Shown: in pieces, positions 9,736 to 19,101 of the stretch
Position numbering within the stretch: the stretch's first letter is position 1
How the letters are laid out: each line of letters begins with the position of its first letter
Assembly: GCA_034666985.1 (NCBI GenBank)
Contig: JAXDKS010000053.1
Span: forward strand, 97,980 to 161,979
Direction of reading: 5' to 3'
Origin: Acidobacteriota bacterium
GTDB lineage: Bacteria; Acidobacteriota; Thermoanaerobaculia; Multivoradales; UBA5704
Length of the DNA stretch: 64,000 nucleotides
Program-made: the position numbers and the translations under genes
Notes under the pieces: model-generated
Told to the model about the DNA's origin: nothing
The model's input: the letters and a program-made list of their open reading frames with translations, nothing else
The model's database searches: none

Positions 9736-10559
9736 GGTTTGGCGGGGGAGGGCTCCACGACCTCGAAGGTCCACGTCTTGTCCGGCAGGAGAGCCCCATC
9801 CTTTTGCAGCCGGATCGTATAGACGCCTGGCTTCATGCCAGAGGGGACGATGACGTAGTAGGCGCCGAGGGGGCCGGGCTGCAGTCGCATCTGTTTGACA
9901 GGCTTCTCCGCCGCGTCCAGGATCTCGGCCCCTAACTCTCCGGAGGTTCCCGCGGTGAGGATCAGGACGCGGCTCTGGTCGTTCGGAATCGCCGCCGCCG
10001 AGCTCTCCGCCCGGACGACACCACCACCGCCCATGTCGATCCCAACCCCGGGCTGCATCTCCTGAGAGGGTGCCGAAGTCTGGGTCCCGGCCAACTGCGT
10101 CGTGGGATCACCCACCTGCCGGGCCGTGTGGATCCACCCGCCCATGGCGACGACCGCGGCCAGGCCGGCAGCCAGGGCGGCGGCACGCCAGGTCCTGGGG
10201 GCGGCTCCGGCTAAGGGTCTCGGCTTCCCGGCGGGAAAGAGGGCGATGTTGTCGTCCTCCTCCAGGCGACGGCTCATCCGCACCATCTCCAGCTCCGCGG
10301 CGCACTCGGCGCAGGACGCCAGGTGCTCCTCGGCGGCAGCGGGATCGATGCCCGAAGGGGGCTGGCCCCAGGCCAGGGCCACCAGGTCCTGGGTGGGGAT
10401 GTGCTGGGCGAACACGGTCCAGGCCTGCCGGGTATCGGCCAGAGCCTGGCGGCAGCGCTCGCAGGTCGCCAGGTGATTCCGCACCTCTTCGCGCTCCCCT
10501 GCGTCGAGGGTGCCGTTCAGGTACCAGGGGAGGATTTCTATGGCTTGGTCGCAGGTCAT
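9732..10559 (-). CDS. Anti-sigma factor with tandem zf-HC2 (ZAS) domains, one TM and an extracytoplasmic domain
   Basis: HLATCERC and HLASCAEC (two HxxxCxxC), TM WRAAALAAGLAAVVAMGGWI. Confidence 0.85.
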   Translation of the reverse strand: MTCDQAIEILPWYLNGTLDAGEREEVRNHLATCERCRQALADTRQAWTVFAQHIPTQDLVALAWGQPPSGIDPAAAEEHLASCAECAAELEMVRMSRRLEEDDNIALFPAGKPRPLAGAAPRTWRAAALAAGLAAVVAMGGWIHTARQVGDPTTQLAGTQTSAPSQEMQPGVGIDMGGGGVVRAESSAAAIPNDQSRVLILTAGTSGELGAEILDAAEKPVKQMRLQPGPLGAYYVIVPSGMKPGVYTIRLQKDGALLPDKTWTFEVVEPSPAKP

Positions 10560-10606
10560 CAGTTTTCGCCTTTCAACTTTTGTTAGGCGAACTTTTGACC
10601 GCGACG

Positions 10607-11167
10607 TTACGTCGGTTTGCCGGTCGGCCGCAAGATCTCCTGTCTCAGGGCCGCCGCCTTCTCCCGGCAACGCAGGACACGGACCCGCAGCGTCCCCTCG
10701 GCGACGTTCAGGCGCAGGCTCATCTCCTTGTACGAGAGGCCGGCCACGATCATGCGCCACATCTCCCGGCAGTCCGGGGGGACCCGCCGCAACACGCGCT
10801 GGAGCAGGTCCCGGTCTTCCCGGTTCGGAGTTGGGGCGTGGACGACGACGCCGGCGGGGCCCTCCCCCTGCTCCAGGGTCTCCAGATCGGCCCACTTCCA
10901 CTTGTTCTGGGCCCGGATTTGGTCGAGGCAGGTGTGGCTGACCACTCGCCAGAGATAGGTGCGCAGGCTCGACTCGCCGCGGAACTTGCCCTGGCCCAGC
11001 AGGCGCGTCACCTCCAGGCGCACGTCCTGAAGGACATCGTCCCACCGGTCCGCGAGCCGGCGCTGATACGGCCACGCGGCGCGCGAGATCCAGCCATCCA
11101 CCGTCCCTACCGCCTCTGTCTCGCCCCGTAGAAAGCGGGCGACCACCTCCCGGTCGTCCGTCGCCAT
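10607..11167 (-). CDS. ECF sigma-70 factor
   Basis: DDVLQDV...FRGESSLRTYLWRV (region 2), GLSYKEMS...GTLRVRVLRCR (region 4). Confidence 0.9.
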   Translation of the reverse strand: MATDDREVVARFLRGETEAVGTVDGWISRAAWPYQRRLADRWDDVLQDVRLEVTRLLGQGKFRGESSLRTYLWRVVSHTCLDQIRAQNKWKWADLETLEQGEGPAGVVVHAPTPNREDRDLLQRVLRRVPPDCREMWRMIVAGLSYKEMSLRLNVAEGTLRVRVLRCREKAAALRQEILRPTGKPT

Positions 11168-11261
11168 AGACAACATTCTATAGTCTCCGGGTCCCATCGT
11201 GAGTCCTCCTACCCAGGTTCTTCGCCGCGAGTGCGATAAACTCGACAAAGGTCATCGCCAC

Positions 11262-14200
11262 GTGACGGCTTCTCGCGCATTCCGCCCGCTTCGCATCCTC
11301 TCTATCTTTGGGATTGTCTTGCTGGCGGCCGGCCTCCTGGGGGGGTGCCGGCGCAAGACCCTGGCTCCTTTCGAGGGAGAGGTGGCGCTTCCGATGCAGC
11401 CGGGTGCCTCTGTCGAGCGCCTGGTTCGGGGTGGGGAGAGGCAGGCTTTCAGTCTTCGTCTGGGAGCCGGCGCGTTCGTCCTGGTGGAGATCTCCCAGCG
11501 GGGTGTGAGTCTGTCCTCCAGGCTGCTGGACCCTGAAGGAGAGGAGTTGGCGGCGGGGGAGGGTACGGAGGTCCTTGGCCCTCAGCGTCTCGATCTGGTC
11601 ACCGGGAGCGGGGGAGTCTTCCGGCTCGAAATCCTGGCGCGCGGCTCACCGAAGATCTCCAGTCGATATCGGGTCAGTGTGCGAGAAGTGCGTCGCGCGG
11701 GTCCTGGCGACGACGACAGGGTCGAAGCCGGGAAGGCTCTGACAGAAGGCCGGCGACTCATGGCCCAAAAGAGCCCGAAGGCCCTCCCGCGTCTGCAGGC
11801 GGCCCTGGCCTCCTGGCGGGCGGCTGCTGATGCCCGTGGCGAAGCCATGGCCCTGGGGGACATCGGTGCCTTCGAGGAAGCTCGGGGGGACCCGCAGGCC
11901 GCTCTCGGCTGGCACCAGAAGGCCCTCGAGCGTTCGCGGCAGAGCGGAGCCCAGGATCTGGAGGCCCGGACGCTCAACAAGATGGGTTTGTGCAGCCGAA
12001 GCCTCCTGCAATATGACCAGAGCTTCCGTTTTTATCAGCAGTCTCTGGCGATCTGGGAACGGGTGGGGGGCCCCTGGGAGCAGGCCAACGTGCTTCTGGG
12101 TCTGGGCAATGCGTACCAGGAGAAAGGCGATTCAGCACTAGAGCTGCAGGCGTTCGAGAAGGCCCTGCCTCTCGCGGTGGCTTCGGGTGAGCTCGTTCAG
12201 CAGGCTCAGGCGCTGCTCGACATCGGCACCAGTCACTATCAGCAGTTTCGTCCTCGCGAGGCCAGGGAAACGTGGGAGAAGGCTCTCGAGCTCAGCCGCC
12301 ACGCAGGGGATGCGCAGGTCGAAGCCATCGTCGAGCAGGATCTGGCGGCCATCTATCTGAATCAGGGGAAGTTCCAGCGAGCGCTGGAGTTGTTCAGCCA
12401 GGCCGTCGAAAAGGTTCCTGCAACGAGTGCCGGAGTCATGCGTCTCAACATGGGCAATCTTTACTTCGAGCTCGGCAACCCTGAGAAGGCGCTTCAGAGC
12501 TACGAGCTGGCGAGAGCAGCTTTCGCGGGCCGCCAGGTGGACGAGGAGGCCTTGGCCATGGTGGGGATCGGCAGGGCTCGCCAAAGAATGGGAGATCCGC
12601 GGGCCGCCCTCGCCGAATATGAAAAGGCACGGCGTCTGGTGCCTGAAGATCCCAGCGTAGCCTATGCCATGGGATTGGCCCTGCTCGACCTGAACGAGCC
12701 CGGGCAGGCGTTGTCGTCGCTCAAAAGGGCGCTCGACCTGGCGCGGGCAAAGAAGAGTCGATCCCGCGAGACGTCGAGCCTTTTCGCCCTTGGCATGGCC
12801 TACACTAAACTGGATCAGCCCACGGAGGCGGCTCGATGCCTGGGTCAGGCCATCGCTCTGGGGAATGACATCGAATATACGAGTGTGGTGGCGTTGAGCC
12901 TCCTGAAGCGTGCTCAGTTACGCAGGGATCAGGGACAACTCGAAGTGGCCCTGGCAGACGCCAGGAATGCATTGAGCATCATCGAATCGTCCCGCCGAAA
13001 CATCGCACCCGATCGGCTTCGCATCGGATTTTCCGCCTCGCGGCGGACTTACTACGATCTGGAGATGGATCTCCTGATGCGTCTCGGCCGCAAGGCCGAG
13101 GCTTTGAACATCAGTGAGTCGGCCAAGGCGAGAGGATTGCTAGACCTTCTGGCGGAAGGCAGGATCGACGTCAGTCAAGGGCTGGACCCCGATCTCCGGC
13201 GTCGCGAGGAGGACCTTGCAGACCAGATCTCCCGAACCCAGCAGGAGCTCAGGGCCAGTGACCTGCCCCCCTCGCGCGCCCGGGAGCTCCGGTCCGAATT
13301 CCAGAAACTGATCGGGCAGCGAGAGCAACTCGACCTGGAGATCCGGGCCAGGAACAAACGCTACGCCCAGGTCCGCTATCCAGTCCCGCTCACGCTGTCC
13401 GAAGTCCAGGATCGGCTTCTCGATGATCGAACCGCGCTGCTCGAGTACTATCTTGGTGAAAGCCACTCCACTCTGTTCGTGATCACCCGGAAAGGATTGA
13501 GCACCTACGACCTTCCTCCCGCGAGCCAGATCTCCGAGCAGGTGCTGCGGCTGCGAGCGGCTCTCGACAAAGAGAGCGTCCTGACACGGAAGGACTATCT
13601 GGAGTCGGCGCTCCAGCTCTACGACGAGCTTCTGGCTCCCGCCGCAAAAGAGCTGGCCGGAAAGCCGAACCTGCTCATCTCTCCGGATGGGGCGCTCTTT
13701 TACATTCCTTTTGAAGCGCTCCTGACCGAGCCGCCAGGAGAGCGCTCCTATCAGGATCTTCCCTATCTGCTCCGCCGTCATTCGATCGCGTACATACCTT
13801 CGGCGAGCGTCCTCGCCGGTTTGCGCGAGCCGCGGCAAGAGCCGCCATCGGCGAATCGCATGCGCGTCGTGGTGTTCGCCCCCTTCGCCTTGTCCCGCAG
13901 CAAGGCTTTCGACCGGCTGCGTGCTTCGGAGCAGGAGGCCAAGGAGATCGCCGGGCTCTATCCTGGATCGGCTTTGAGCTTCATCGGTCAAGCCGCGACG
14001 GAAGACAAGGTGACGCGCAATCCTGTCGTAGCCTTTGCCCGACGGCTCCATTTCGCCACCCACGCGAAAATCGATGAGCGTTACCCTGAGAGCTCGGCCC
14101 TGATTCTCGCAGCTCGACGTGGCAGTGGGGACGACGAGTTTCTCCAGGTTCCCAAGATCTTCAACCTGAAGCTCTCCGCCGATCTGGTCGTGCTGTCCGC

Positions 14201-14477
14201 CTGCCAGACGGCGATGGGCCAGGAGGTGACGGGAGAAGGGCTGGTGGGGCTGAGCCGGGCGTTCTTCTATGCCGGCGCGCCGAGCCTGGTGGTGAGCCTC
14301 TGGAATGTCGCTGACGGGCCGACGCCCGAGCTCATGGTGGATTTCTATCGCAATCTCGATCACCCGCAAGAGAAGGCCAAAGCCCTTCAGGCGGCGAAGC
14401 TGGCGATGATTCGTCGCGGAACCTATCCGCATCCCTCCAATTGGGCGCCCTTCATCCTTCTTGGAGAGCCGCGATAG
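11262..14477 (+). CDS. TPR-CHAT domain protein (caspase-HetF-like protease), predicted lipoprotein
   Basis: Lipobox LLGGC, many TPRs, LHFATHA (His) and VLSACQT (Cys), SLWNVAD, HPSNWAPF; start could be 11199. Confidence 0.9.
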   Translation: MTASRAFRPLRILSIFGIVLLAAGLLGGCRRKTLAPFEGEVALPMQPGASVERLVRGGERQAFSLRLGAGAFVLVEISQRGVSLSSRLLDPEGEELAAGEGTEVLGPQRLDLVTGSGGVFRLEILARGSPKISSRYRVSVREVRRAGPGDDDRVEAGKALTEGRRLMAQKSPKALPRLQAALASWRAAADARGEAMALGDIGAFEEARGDPQAALGWHQKALERSRQSGAQDLEARTLNKMGLCSRSLLQYDQSFRFYQQSLAIWERVGGPWEQANVLLGLGNAYQEKGDSALELQAFEKALPLAVASGELVQQAQALLDIGTSHYQQFRPREARETWEKALELSRHAGDAQVEAIVEQDLAAIYLNQGKFQRALELFSQAVEKVPATSAGVMRLNMGNLYFELGNPEKALQSYELARAAFAGRQVDEEALAMVGIGRARQRMGDPRAALAEYEKARRLVPEDPSVAYAMGLALLDLNEPGQALSSLKRALDLARAKKSRSRETSSLFALGMAYTKLDQPTEAARCLGQAIALGNDIEYTSVVALSLLKRAQLRRDQGQLEVALADARNALSIIESSRRNIAPDRLRIGFSASRRTYYDLEMDLLMRLGRKAEALNISESAKARGLLDLLAEGRIDVSQGLDPDLRRREEDLADQISRTQQELRASDLPPSRARELRSEFQKLIGQREQLDLEIRARNKRYAQVRYPVPLTLSEVQDRLLDDRTALLEYYLGESHSTLFVITRKGLSTYDLPPASQISEQVLRLRAALDKESVLTRKDYLESALQLYDELLAPAAKELAGKPNLLISPDGALFYIPFEALLTEPPGERSYQDLPYLLRRHSIAYIPSASVLAGLREPRQEPPSANRMRVVVFAPFALSRSKAFDRLRASEQEAKEIAGLYPGSALSFIGQAATEDKVTRNPVVAFARRLHFATHAKIDERYPESSALILAARRGSGDDEFLQVPKIFNLKLSADLVVLSACQTAMGQEVTGEGLVGLSRAFFYAGAPSLVVSLWNVADGPTPELMVDFYRNLDHPQEKAKALQAAKLAMIRRGTYPHPSNWAPFILLGEPR

Positions 14478-14630
14478 GATGATTTGTAACGCCAGAACGT
14501 TTGAGACGCCTGTGCAGTAGGGTGAGTGGGATCAACTATGCACTTCTGGGCGCCGAGGCCGGCAACGAGAAGCTGCCCTACAAGGAGGGAACGAGAATGA
14601 AGAGCACTCGAATCGAGTGGGGAGGATCTC

Positions 14631-14987
14631 ATGGCTGACGGTACCGGAACCACGTCTCCTCCGGTCAAGTCCTATCCGCCCCCAAGCCCGATCGTTGCGC
14701 CGCCGCCCCCGAAGGTCCTCGGCCTTGTCACTGCGGCTGCCGCCGCGACGGCTGGTTTCCTGGGCTACAGTGAGGTCGCGGGAATCCTGGCCCTGCTCAG
14801 CCTGGTGTTCGGGTTCTGGGACCTCTTCCAGACTCGCTATGTGGCCGCACCACCGCCTGACAAAGCAGGAGACCCGGGGGTCTTAGAACCGGCTTCTCCG
14901 GTGGATCCTCTAGGCCCGAAGACGCATGATCCGAGGACTCCTGACCCGAGAACCCCTCGCCAGGAAAGCCCGCCGTCCTACCGTTGA
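14631..14987 (+). CDS. Small Pro-rich membrane protein, hypothetical
   Basis: GGGGAGGA RBS, central hydrophobic hairpin, DPRTP repeats; followed by a hairpin. Confidence 0.6.
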   Translation: MADGTGTTSPPVKSYPPPSPIVAPPPPKVLGLVTAAAAATAGFLGYSEVAGILALLSLVFGFWDLFQTRYVAAPPPDKAGDPGVLEPASPVDPLGPKTHDPRTPDPRTPRQESPPSYR

Positions 14988-15007
14988 TGCTTCGACGCTT
15001 TAGGCTT

Positions 15008-15047
15008 CGCCCCCGCCCGGCCCAACCGCCGGCGGGGGCGTCTGTTT
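15008..15047 (+). terminator. Putative terminator hairpin
   Basis: CGCCCCCGCC...GGCGGGGGCG followed by TCTGTTT. Confidence 0.45.
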
Positions 15048-15076
15048 GTATACTGGCGGCGGCAAAGGAGAACCGC

Positions 15077-15823
15077 ATGCTGAAACGACTGACGATCGCC
15101 GCCGTCCTGACTCTGCTGGCGCTGCCCCTGGCGGCTCAGGATTCCAGGCCGCCGGCGGGAGGAGGACCGGCCATGGATGCCATTCCCGTGCTGACCGTCT
15201 CCGGCTCGGGCAATGCCCGGGTGGCGCCCGACGAGGCCACCGTCCGCCTGGGAGTGGTGGCTCAGGCCCCCACCGCCCGCGCCGCCCAGGACCAGGTGAA
15301 CAAGGTCGCCAACGCCGTGCTGGACGCTATCCGTAAACTGGGAATCAAGGCGGAGGACGTCCAGACCTCGGGCCTCTCGCTGTCGCCCCTCTACTCCCAG
15401 AACCGGCCGGGCGCTGAGAACCAGGCCCCCAGGATCACCGGCTACCAGTCCAACAACACCGTCACCGTCCGAATCGACGACCTCACCAAGGTGGGGCCGG
15501 TCATCGACGCCGGCCTGGGCGCCGGGGCCAACACCCTGGACGGCGTCGAGTTCGGTCTGCGCAACGACGAGGCGGCCCGGGCTCAGGCCCTCGCCGACGC
15601 CGCGCGGGCGGCCCGCGCCAAGGCCGAGACCCTGGCCAAGGCCCTCGGGTTGCGGCTGGGGGAGATCCTGGAGGTCGCGGAGGGGGGCATCTCGATCTCG
15701 CCGCCGCCCATGCCGCGGCTCGCCCGCATGGCAATGGCGGAGTCCATGGACTCGACTCCGGTTTCGGCGGGCCAGGTCGGGGTCTCGGCGAGCGTCACGA
15801 TCCGCTACCGGATCGCCCAGTGA
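15077..15823 (+). CDS. SIMPL (DUF541) domain periplasmic protein
   Basis: Signal peptide, LTVSGSGNARVAPDEA, GANTLDGVEF; AAGGAG RBS. Confidence 0.9.
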   Translation: MLKRLTIAAVLTLLALPLAAQDSRPPAGGGPAMDAIPVLTVSGSGNARVAPDEATVRLGVVAQAPTARAAQDQVNKVANAVLDAIRKLGIKAEDVQTSGLSLSPLYSQNRPGAENQAPRITGYQSNNTVTVRIDDLTKVGPVIDAGLGAGANTLDGVEFGLRNDEAARAQALADAARAARAKAETLAKALGLRLGEILEVAEGGISISPPPMPRLARMAMAESMDSTPVSAGQVGVSASVTIRYRIAQ

Positions 15824-16242
15824 CGGCCGAGGAGGTCGTCCGGCTCCTCGGCCTCCTCCCCCACCCCGAGGGCGGCTTCTACCGCGAGACGTTCCGCGCT
15901 CCGGCCGCCGCGGGGGAGCGCGGCGCCTCGACGGCCATCTACTACCTGCTGCCGGAGGGGGAGACCTCGGCCTGGCACCGGGTGGTGGACGCCGACGAGG
16001 TCTGGCACCACTACGCCGGCGGTCCGCTGGAGCTGATCCTTTCGGACGGCCGGGAGAGCTTGGCCGTGATCCTGGGCTCGGACCTCGCGGCCGGGCAGCG
16101 CCCCCAGGCCGTGGTGCCGGCCGGGGTCTGGCAGACGGCCCGCACTCTCGGCGGGTGGACCCTGGTGGGGTGCACCGTGGCCCCGGGCTTCCAGCTCGCG
16201 AGCTTCGAGATGGCCCCGGCGGGATGGGAGCCGGGCGGATAG
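15820..16242 (+). CDS. Cupin_5 (DUF985) protein
   Basis: LGLLPHPEGGFYRET, STAIYYLL, DEVWHHYAG, CTVAPGF. Confidence 0.9.
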   Translation: MTAEEVVRLLGLLPHPEGGFYRETFRAPAAAGERGASTAIYYLLPEGETSAWHRVVDADEVWHHYAGGPLELILSDGRESLAVILGSDLAAGQRPQAVVPAGVWQTARTLGGWTLVGCTVAPGFQLASFEMAPAGWEPGG

Positions 16243-16256
16243 GACACGGCCGCGCC

Positions 16257-16372
16257 CCCGGAAATTCTGGTCCGCCCCTCGCGAATTTTCATCGCGCCCT
16301 CGCGAGGGCGCACCCGAAATTCGCGAGGGCGCACCGAGAATTCGTGAGGGCGTTACGAGAATTCGCGAGGGC
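16257..16372. repeat. 21-bp tandem and inverted repeat array
   Basis: CGCGAGGGCGCACCCGAAATT-like units at 16301, 16322, 16343, 16364, with inverted copies to the left around a CCCTCGCGAGGG palindrome. Confidence 0.75.
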
Positions 16373-17225
16373 CGTGCTCCCCCTCGATGGCGGCGAGCTG
16401 GCTGATGTCGCCGTCCTTCTCGGCGGCGAGGGTCCAGCGCTCGACTTCCTCGGGGCTCATGTTTCCCTCGGGCTGCAGGCGGGCGTCCTCGTAGCCCCAC
16501 TGGAGGACGTCCACCAGGTACTGGGAGCGGGAGAGGATCGTCCCCCGGCAGAGGGGCTCGTCCTCGCCGGCTGTGTCGCCACGTAGACGGCCGGCGAGGG
16601 TCTCGAGGACGCGGCCGGGGATGAGCCGGGCATCCCCCGGATAGATGTAGCCGAAGAGCACCAGATGGACGAGCAGCACCCGCCAGCCGCCGTGGGGCTC
16701 GAAGCGGCGCAGGAGGCGGTCCCAGTCCAGGTCGGCGGCGCGGCAGCGGAGCACGTGGGCCACGTCGGCGCCGTCGAAGCGCTCGCGCTCCATGATGAAG
16801 GCCTTCGACCAGATCATCTCCTCGGGGGGCACGAGACGCACCGGGCGGCCGAGGACCGTATCGTCCACGGCGTGCTGGAACCAGAGGTCGTCCACCCGGG
16901 CGACGCCGTTGCCGGAGCTGAAGATCACGTCCACGAAGTCGTTGCCCTTATAGCCCTTGCCCAGCCAGTGGGCGAACGTGCGCTCGGTCTTCCAGCCCCT
17001 GGCGGCGAAGGCGTCGAGGGCGCGGCCGATGTCCCGGGGCTTGACGAAGACGTCGAAGTCCTTAGTATGGCGGACGATACCCGTGTAGCGGGCATAGGCG
17101 TAGGCACCCCCCACCAGCACGGGCACGCCGGCCTCTTCGAAGGCGGCCAGGGCCTCGCGATAGAAGTCCGCCGTCTCGGGAGCCAGTCCTTGCTGTGGAG
17201 CTTCAGTCTCGGTTGTCATCGTCAT
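16353..17225 (-). CDS. Nucleotidyltransferase family protein
   Basis: VLVGGAYA...RHTKDFDVFV pol-beta-superfamily motif, ERERFDGADV. Confidence 0.82.
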   Translation of the reverse strand: MTMTTETEAPQQGLAPETADFYREALAAFEEAGVPVLVGGAYAYARYTGIVRHTKDFDVFVKPRDIGRALDAFAARGWKTERTFAHWLGKGYKGNDFVDVIFSSGNGVARVDDLWFQHAVDDTVLGRPVRLVPPEEMIWSKAFIMERERFDGADVAHVLRCRAADLDWDRLLRRFEPHGGWRVLLVHLVLFGYIYPGDARLIPGRVLETLAGRLRGDTAGEDEPLCRGTILSRSQYLVDVLQWGYEDARLQPEGNMSPEEVERWTLAAEKDGDISQLAAIEGEHGPREFS

Positions 17226-17325
17226 GGGAGCCTCCCGTTGAGGTCCCGAGGCACAGCAAGAGGCATACCAATCGGCATTTGGCACGTCTCTTGAAGCCCT
17301 GGGCGCGGCGGGAGTGACAAGCGAG

Positions 17326-18078
17326 ATGACACAGACGAATGGAACGGTGCGCATCGCGGCGCTGGGCGATCTCCACTATGCGCGGTCGCCCGAGCCCGCG
17401 GTGCGGGAGGTGCTGGCGCAGGCGGGGGGGGACTGCGACGTGCTCCTGCTCTGCGGCGATCTGACGGACCACGGCCTGCCGGAGGAGGCCCGGGACCTGG
17501 CGCGGGAGATCCACGCGGCGGTCAGCGTGCCGGTGATCGCGGTGCTCGGCAACCACGACTTCGAGAGCGGTAAGCAGGAGGAGGTCAAGCGCCTGTTCTG
17601 CGACAGCGGCATCCGCATCCTCGACGGCGATGCTACGGAGGTGAAGGGGGTGGGCTTCGCGGGGGTGAAGGGATTCGCCGGCGGCTTCGGCAAGCGCGCC
17701 CTGGGGCCCTGGGGGGAGGACATCATCAAGCAGTTCGTGCGCGAGGCCGTGGACGAGGCCCTAAAGCTGGAGTCGGCCCTCGCCCGGCTGCGGGGCCGGC
17801 CGCGCATTGCCGTGCTCCACTACTCGCCCATCCAGGAGACGGTGGAGGGCGAGCCGGTGGAGATCTTCCCGTTCCTCGGCTCCAGCCGGCTGGAGGAGCC
17901 GCTGACCCGCTATCCCGTGCAGGCCGTCTTCCACGGCCACGCCCACCGCGGGCAGCCGGAGGGGAAGACAGCGCAGGGCGTGCCGGTCTACAACGTCAGC
18001 CTGTCGCTGCTGCGGCACGCCTTTCCGGAACGGCCCCCGTTCCGCGTCTTCGAGGTCGCGGTGGGGGACGGCTCCTGA
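17326..18078 (+). CDS. Metallophosphoesterase (calcineurin-like)
   Basis: GDLH, GDLTD, GNHD, HGHAH motifs. Confidence 0.9.
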   Translation: MTQTNGTVRIAALGDLHYARSPEPAVREVLAQAGGDCDVLLLCGDLTDHGLPEEARDLAREIHAAVSVPVIAVLGNHDFESGKQEEVKRLFCDSGIRILDGDATEVKGVGFAGVKGFAGGFGKRALGPWGEDIIKQFVREAVDEALKLESALARLRGRPRIAVLHYSPIQETVEGEPVEIFPFLGSSRLEEPLTRYPVQAVFHGHAHRGQPEGKTAQGVPVYNVSLSLLRHAFPERPPFRVFEVAVGDGS

Positions 18079-18167
18079 GCCGGAGCTCCTGGTATAATTT
18101 ACAGACTTCGATAGCGACGCGACTGGGCGGTAGTCCTGCGACCGCTCCTTCCGATACGATCCCTGCG

Positions 18168-19079
18168 ATGCGGAGCAGCGAAGGGTTCGTATTCGTCCGT
18201 CCGGGGCTCCACCTCTACTACCACGTCCTGGGGGACGGGCCGGAGGCGGTGGTGGTGCCCAACGCCAACTGGCTGGCGGAGCTCCTCCAGCCGCTGGCCG
18301 CCGACGGGACTCGGCGCCGCCTCATCCTCTACGATCCCCGCAGCCGCGGCCGGTCGAGCGCCGTCACCGACGGGCGCCGCCTGAGCCTGGAGGAGGACGT
18401 GGCCGACTTGGAGGCGGTGCGGCGCTACTTCGGCCTGGAGCGCATGGCCCTTCTCGGCTCCTCCTACCACGCGGCCATCACCGCCCTCTATGCCCTGGAC
18501 TTCCCGGAGCGGGTCGAGCGAATGCTCCTCGTCTGCCCCATCACCCCCCGGCGCCCGGGCGAGTGGCTGCAGGAGACCCCCACCTCCGAGGAGCTGACCT
18601 ATCCGCCGGGCATCCCGCGGCTGGAGGAGATGCGGCGCGAGGGGCTCGACCGCGACGATCCGGTCGCCTTCTGCCGCGCCTGGTTCACCTATTTCCTGCT
18701 GCCCGCCCAGATGGGCGAGCTGTCCGCGGCGGCGCGCTTCCCGTTGGACGACATCTGCTCCTTCCCCAACGAGTGGCCGCAGAACGCCATGAGCCTCTAC
18801 TTCCGGCACATCATCCCGAAGATCAAGGAGTGGGACTTCCGCCCCCGCCTGCGGGAGCTGCGCCGGCCCCTGCTGGTGATGCAGGGGACGGACGACCTGG
18901 TGCCGGAGGAGGCGTCCCAGGAGTGGGCCGCCTACGCCGGCGATGCCCGCTTCCTGCGCATCGAGGGCTCGGGCCACCACCCCTACCTGGAGCGGCCCCA
19001 GGAGTTCTTCCCGGCCGCCGAAGCCTTCCTCAGCGGGGGCTGGCCAGAGGGGGCCGAGACCGTCCCTCGCCCGGCCTGA
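18168..19079 (+). CDS. Alpha/beta hydrolase
   Basis: YDPRSRGRS, GSSYH nucleophile elbow, QGTDD, SGHHPYLE. Confidence 0.85.
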   Translation: MRSSEGFVFVRPGLHLYYHVLGDGPEAVVVPNANWLAELLQPLAADGTRRRLILYDPRSRGRSSAVTDGRRLSLEEDVADLEAVRRYFGLERMALLGSSYHAAITALYALDFPERVERMLLVCPITPRRPGEWLQETPTSEELTYPPGIPRLEEMRREGLDRDDPVAFCRAWFTYFLLPAQMGELSAAARFPLDDICSFPNEWPQNAMSLYFRHIIPKIKEWDFRPRLRELRRPLLVMQGTDDLVPEEASQEWAAYAGDARFLRIEGSGHHPYLERPQEFFPAAEAFLSGGWPEGAETVPRPA

Positions 19080-19101
19080 CGCCGCAAGTCACCCCCGCAA
19101 G

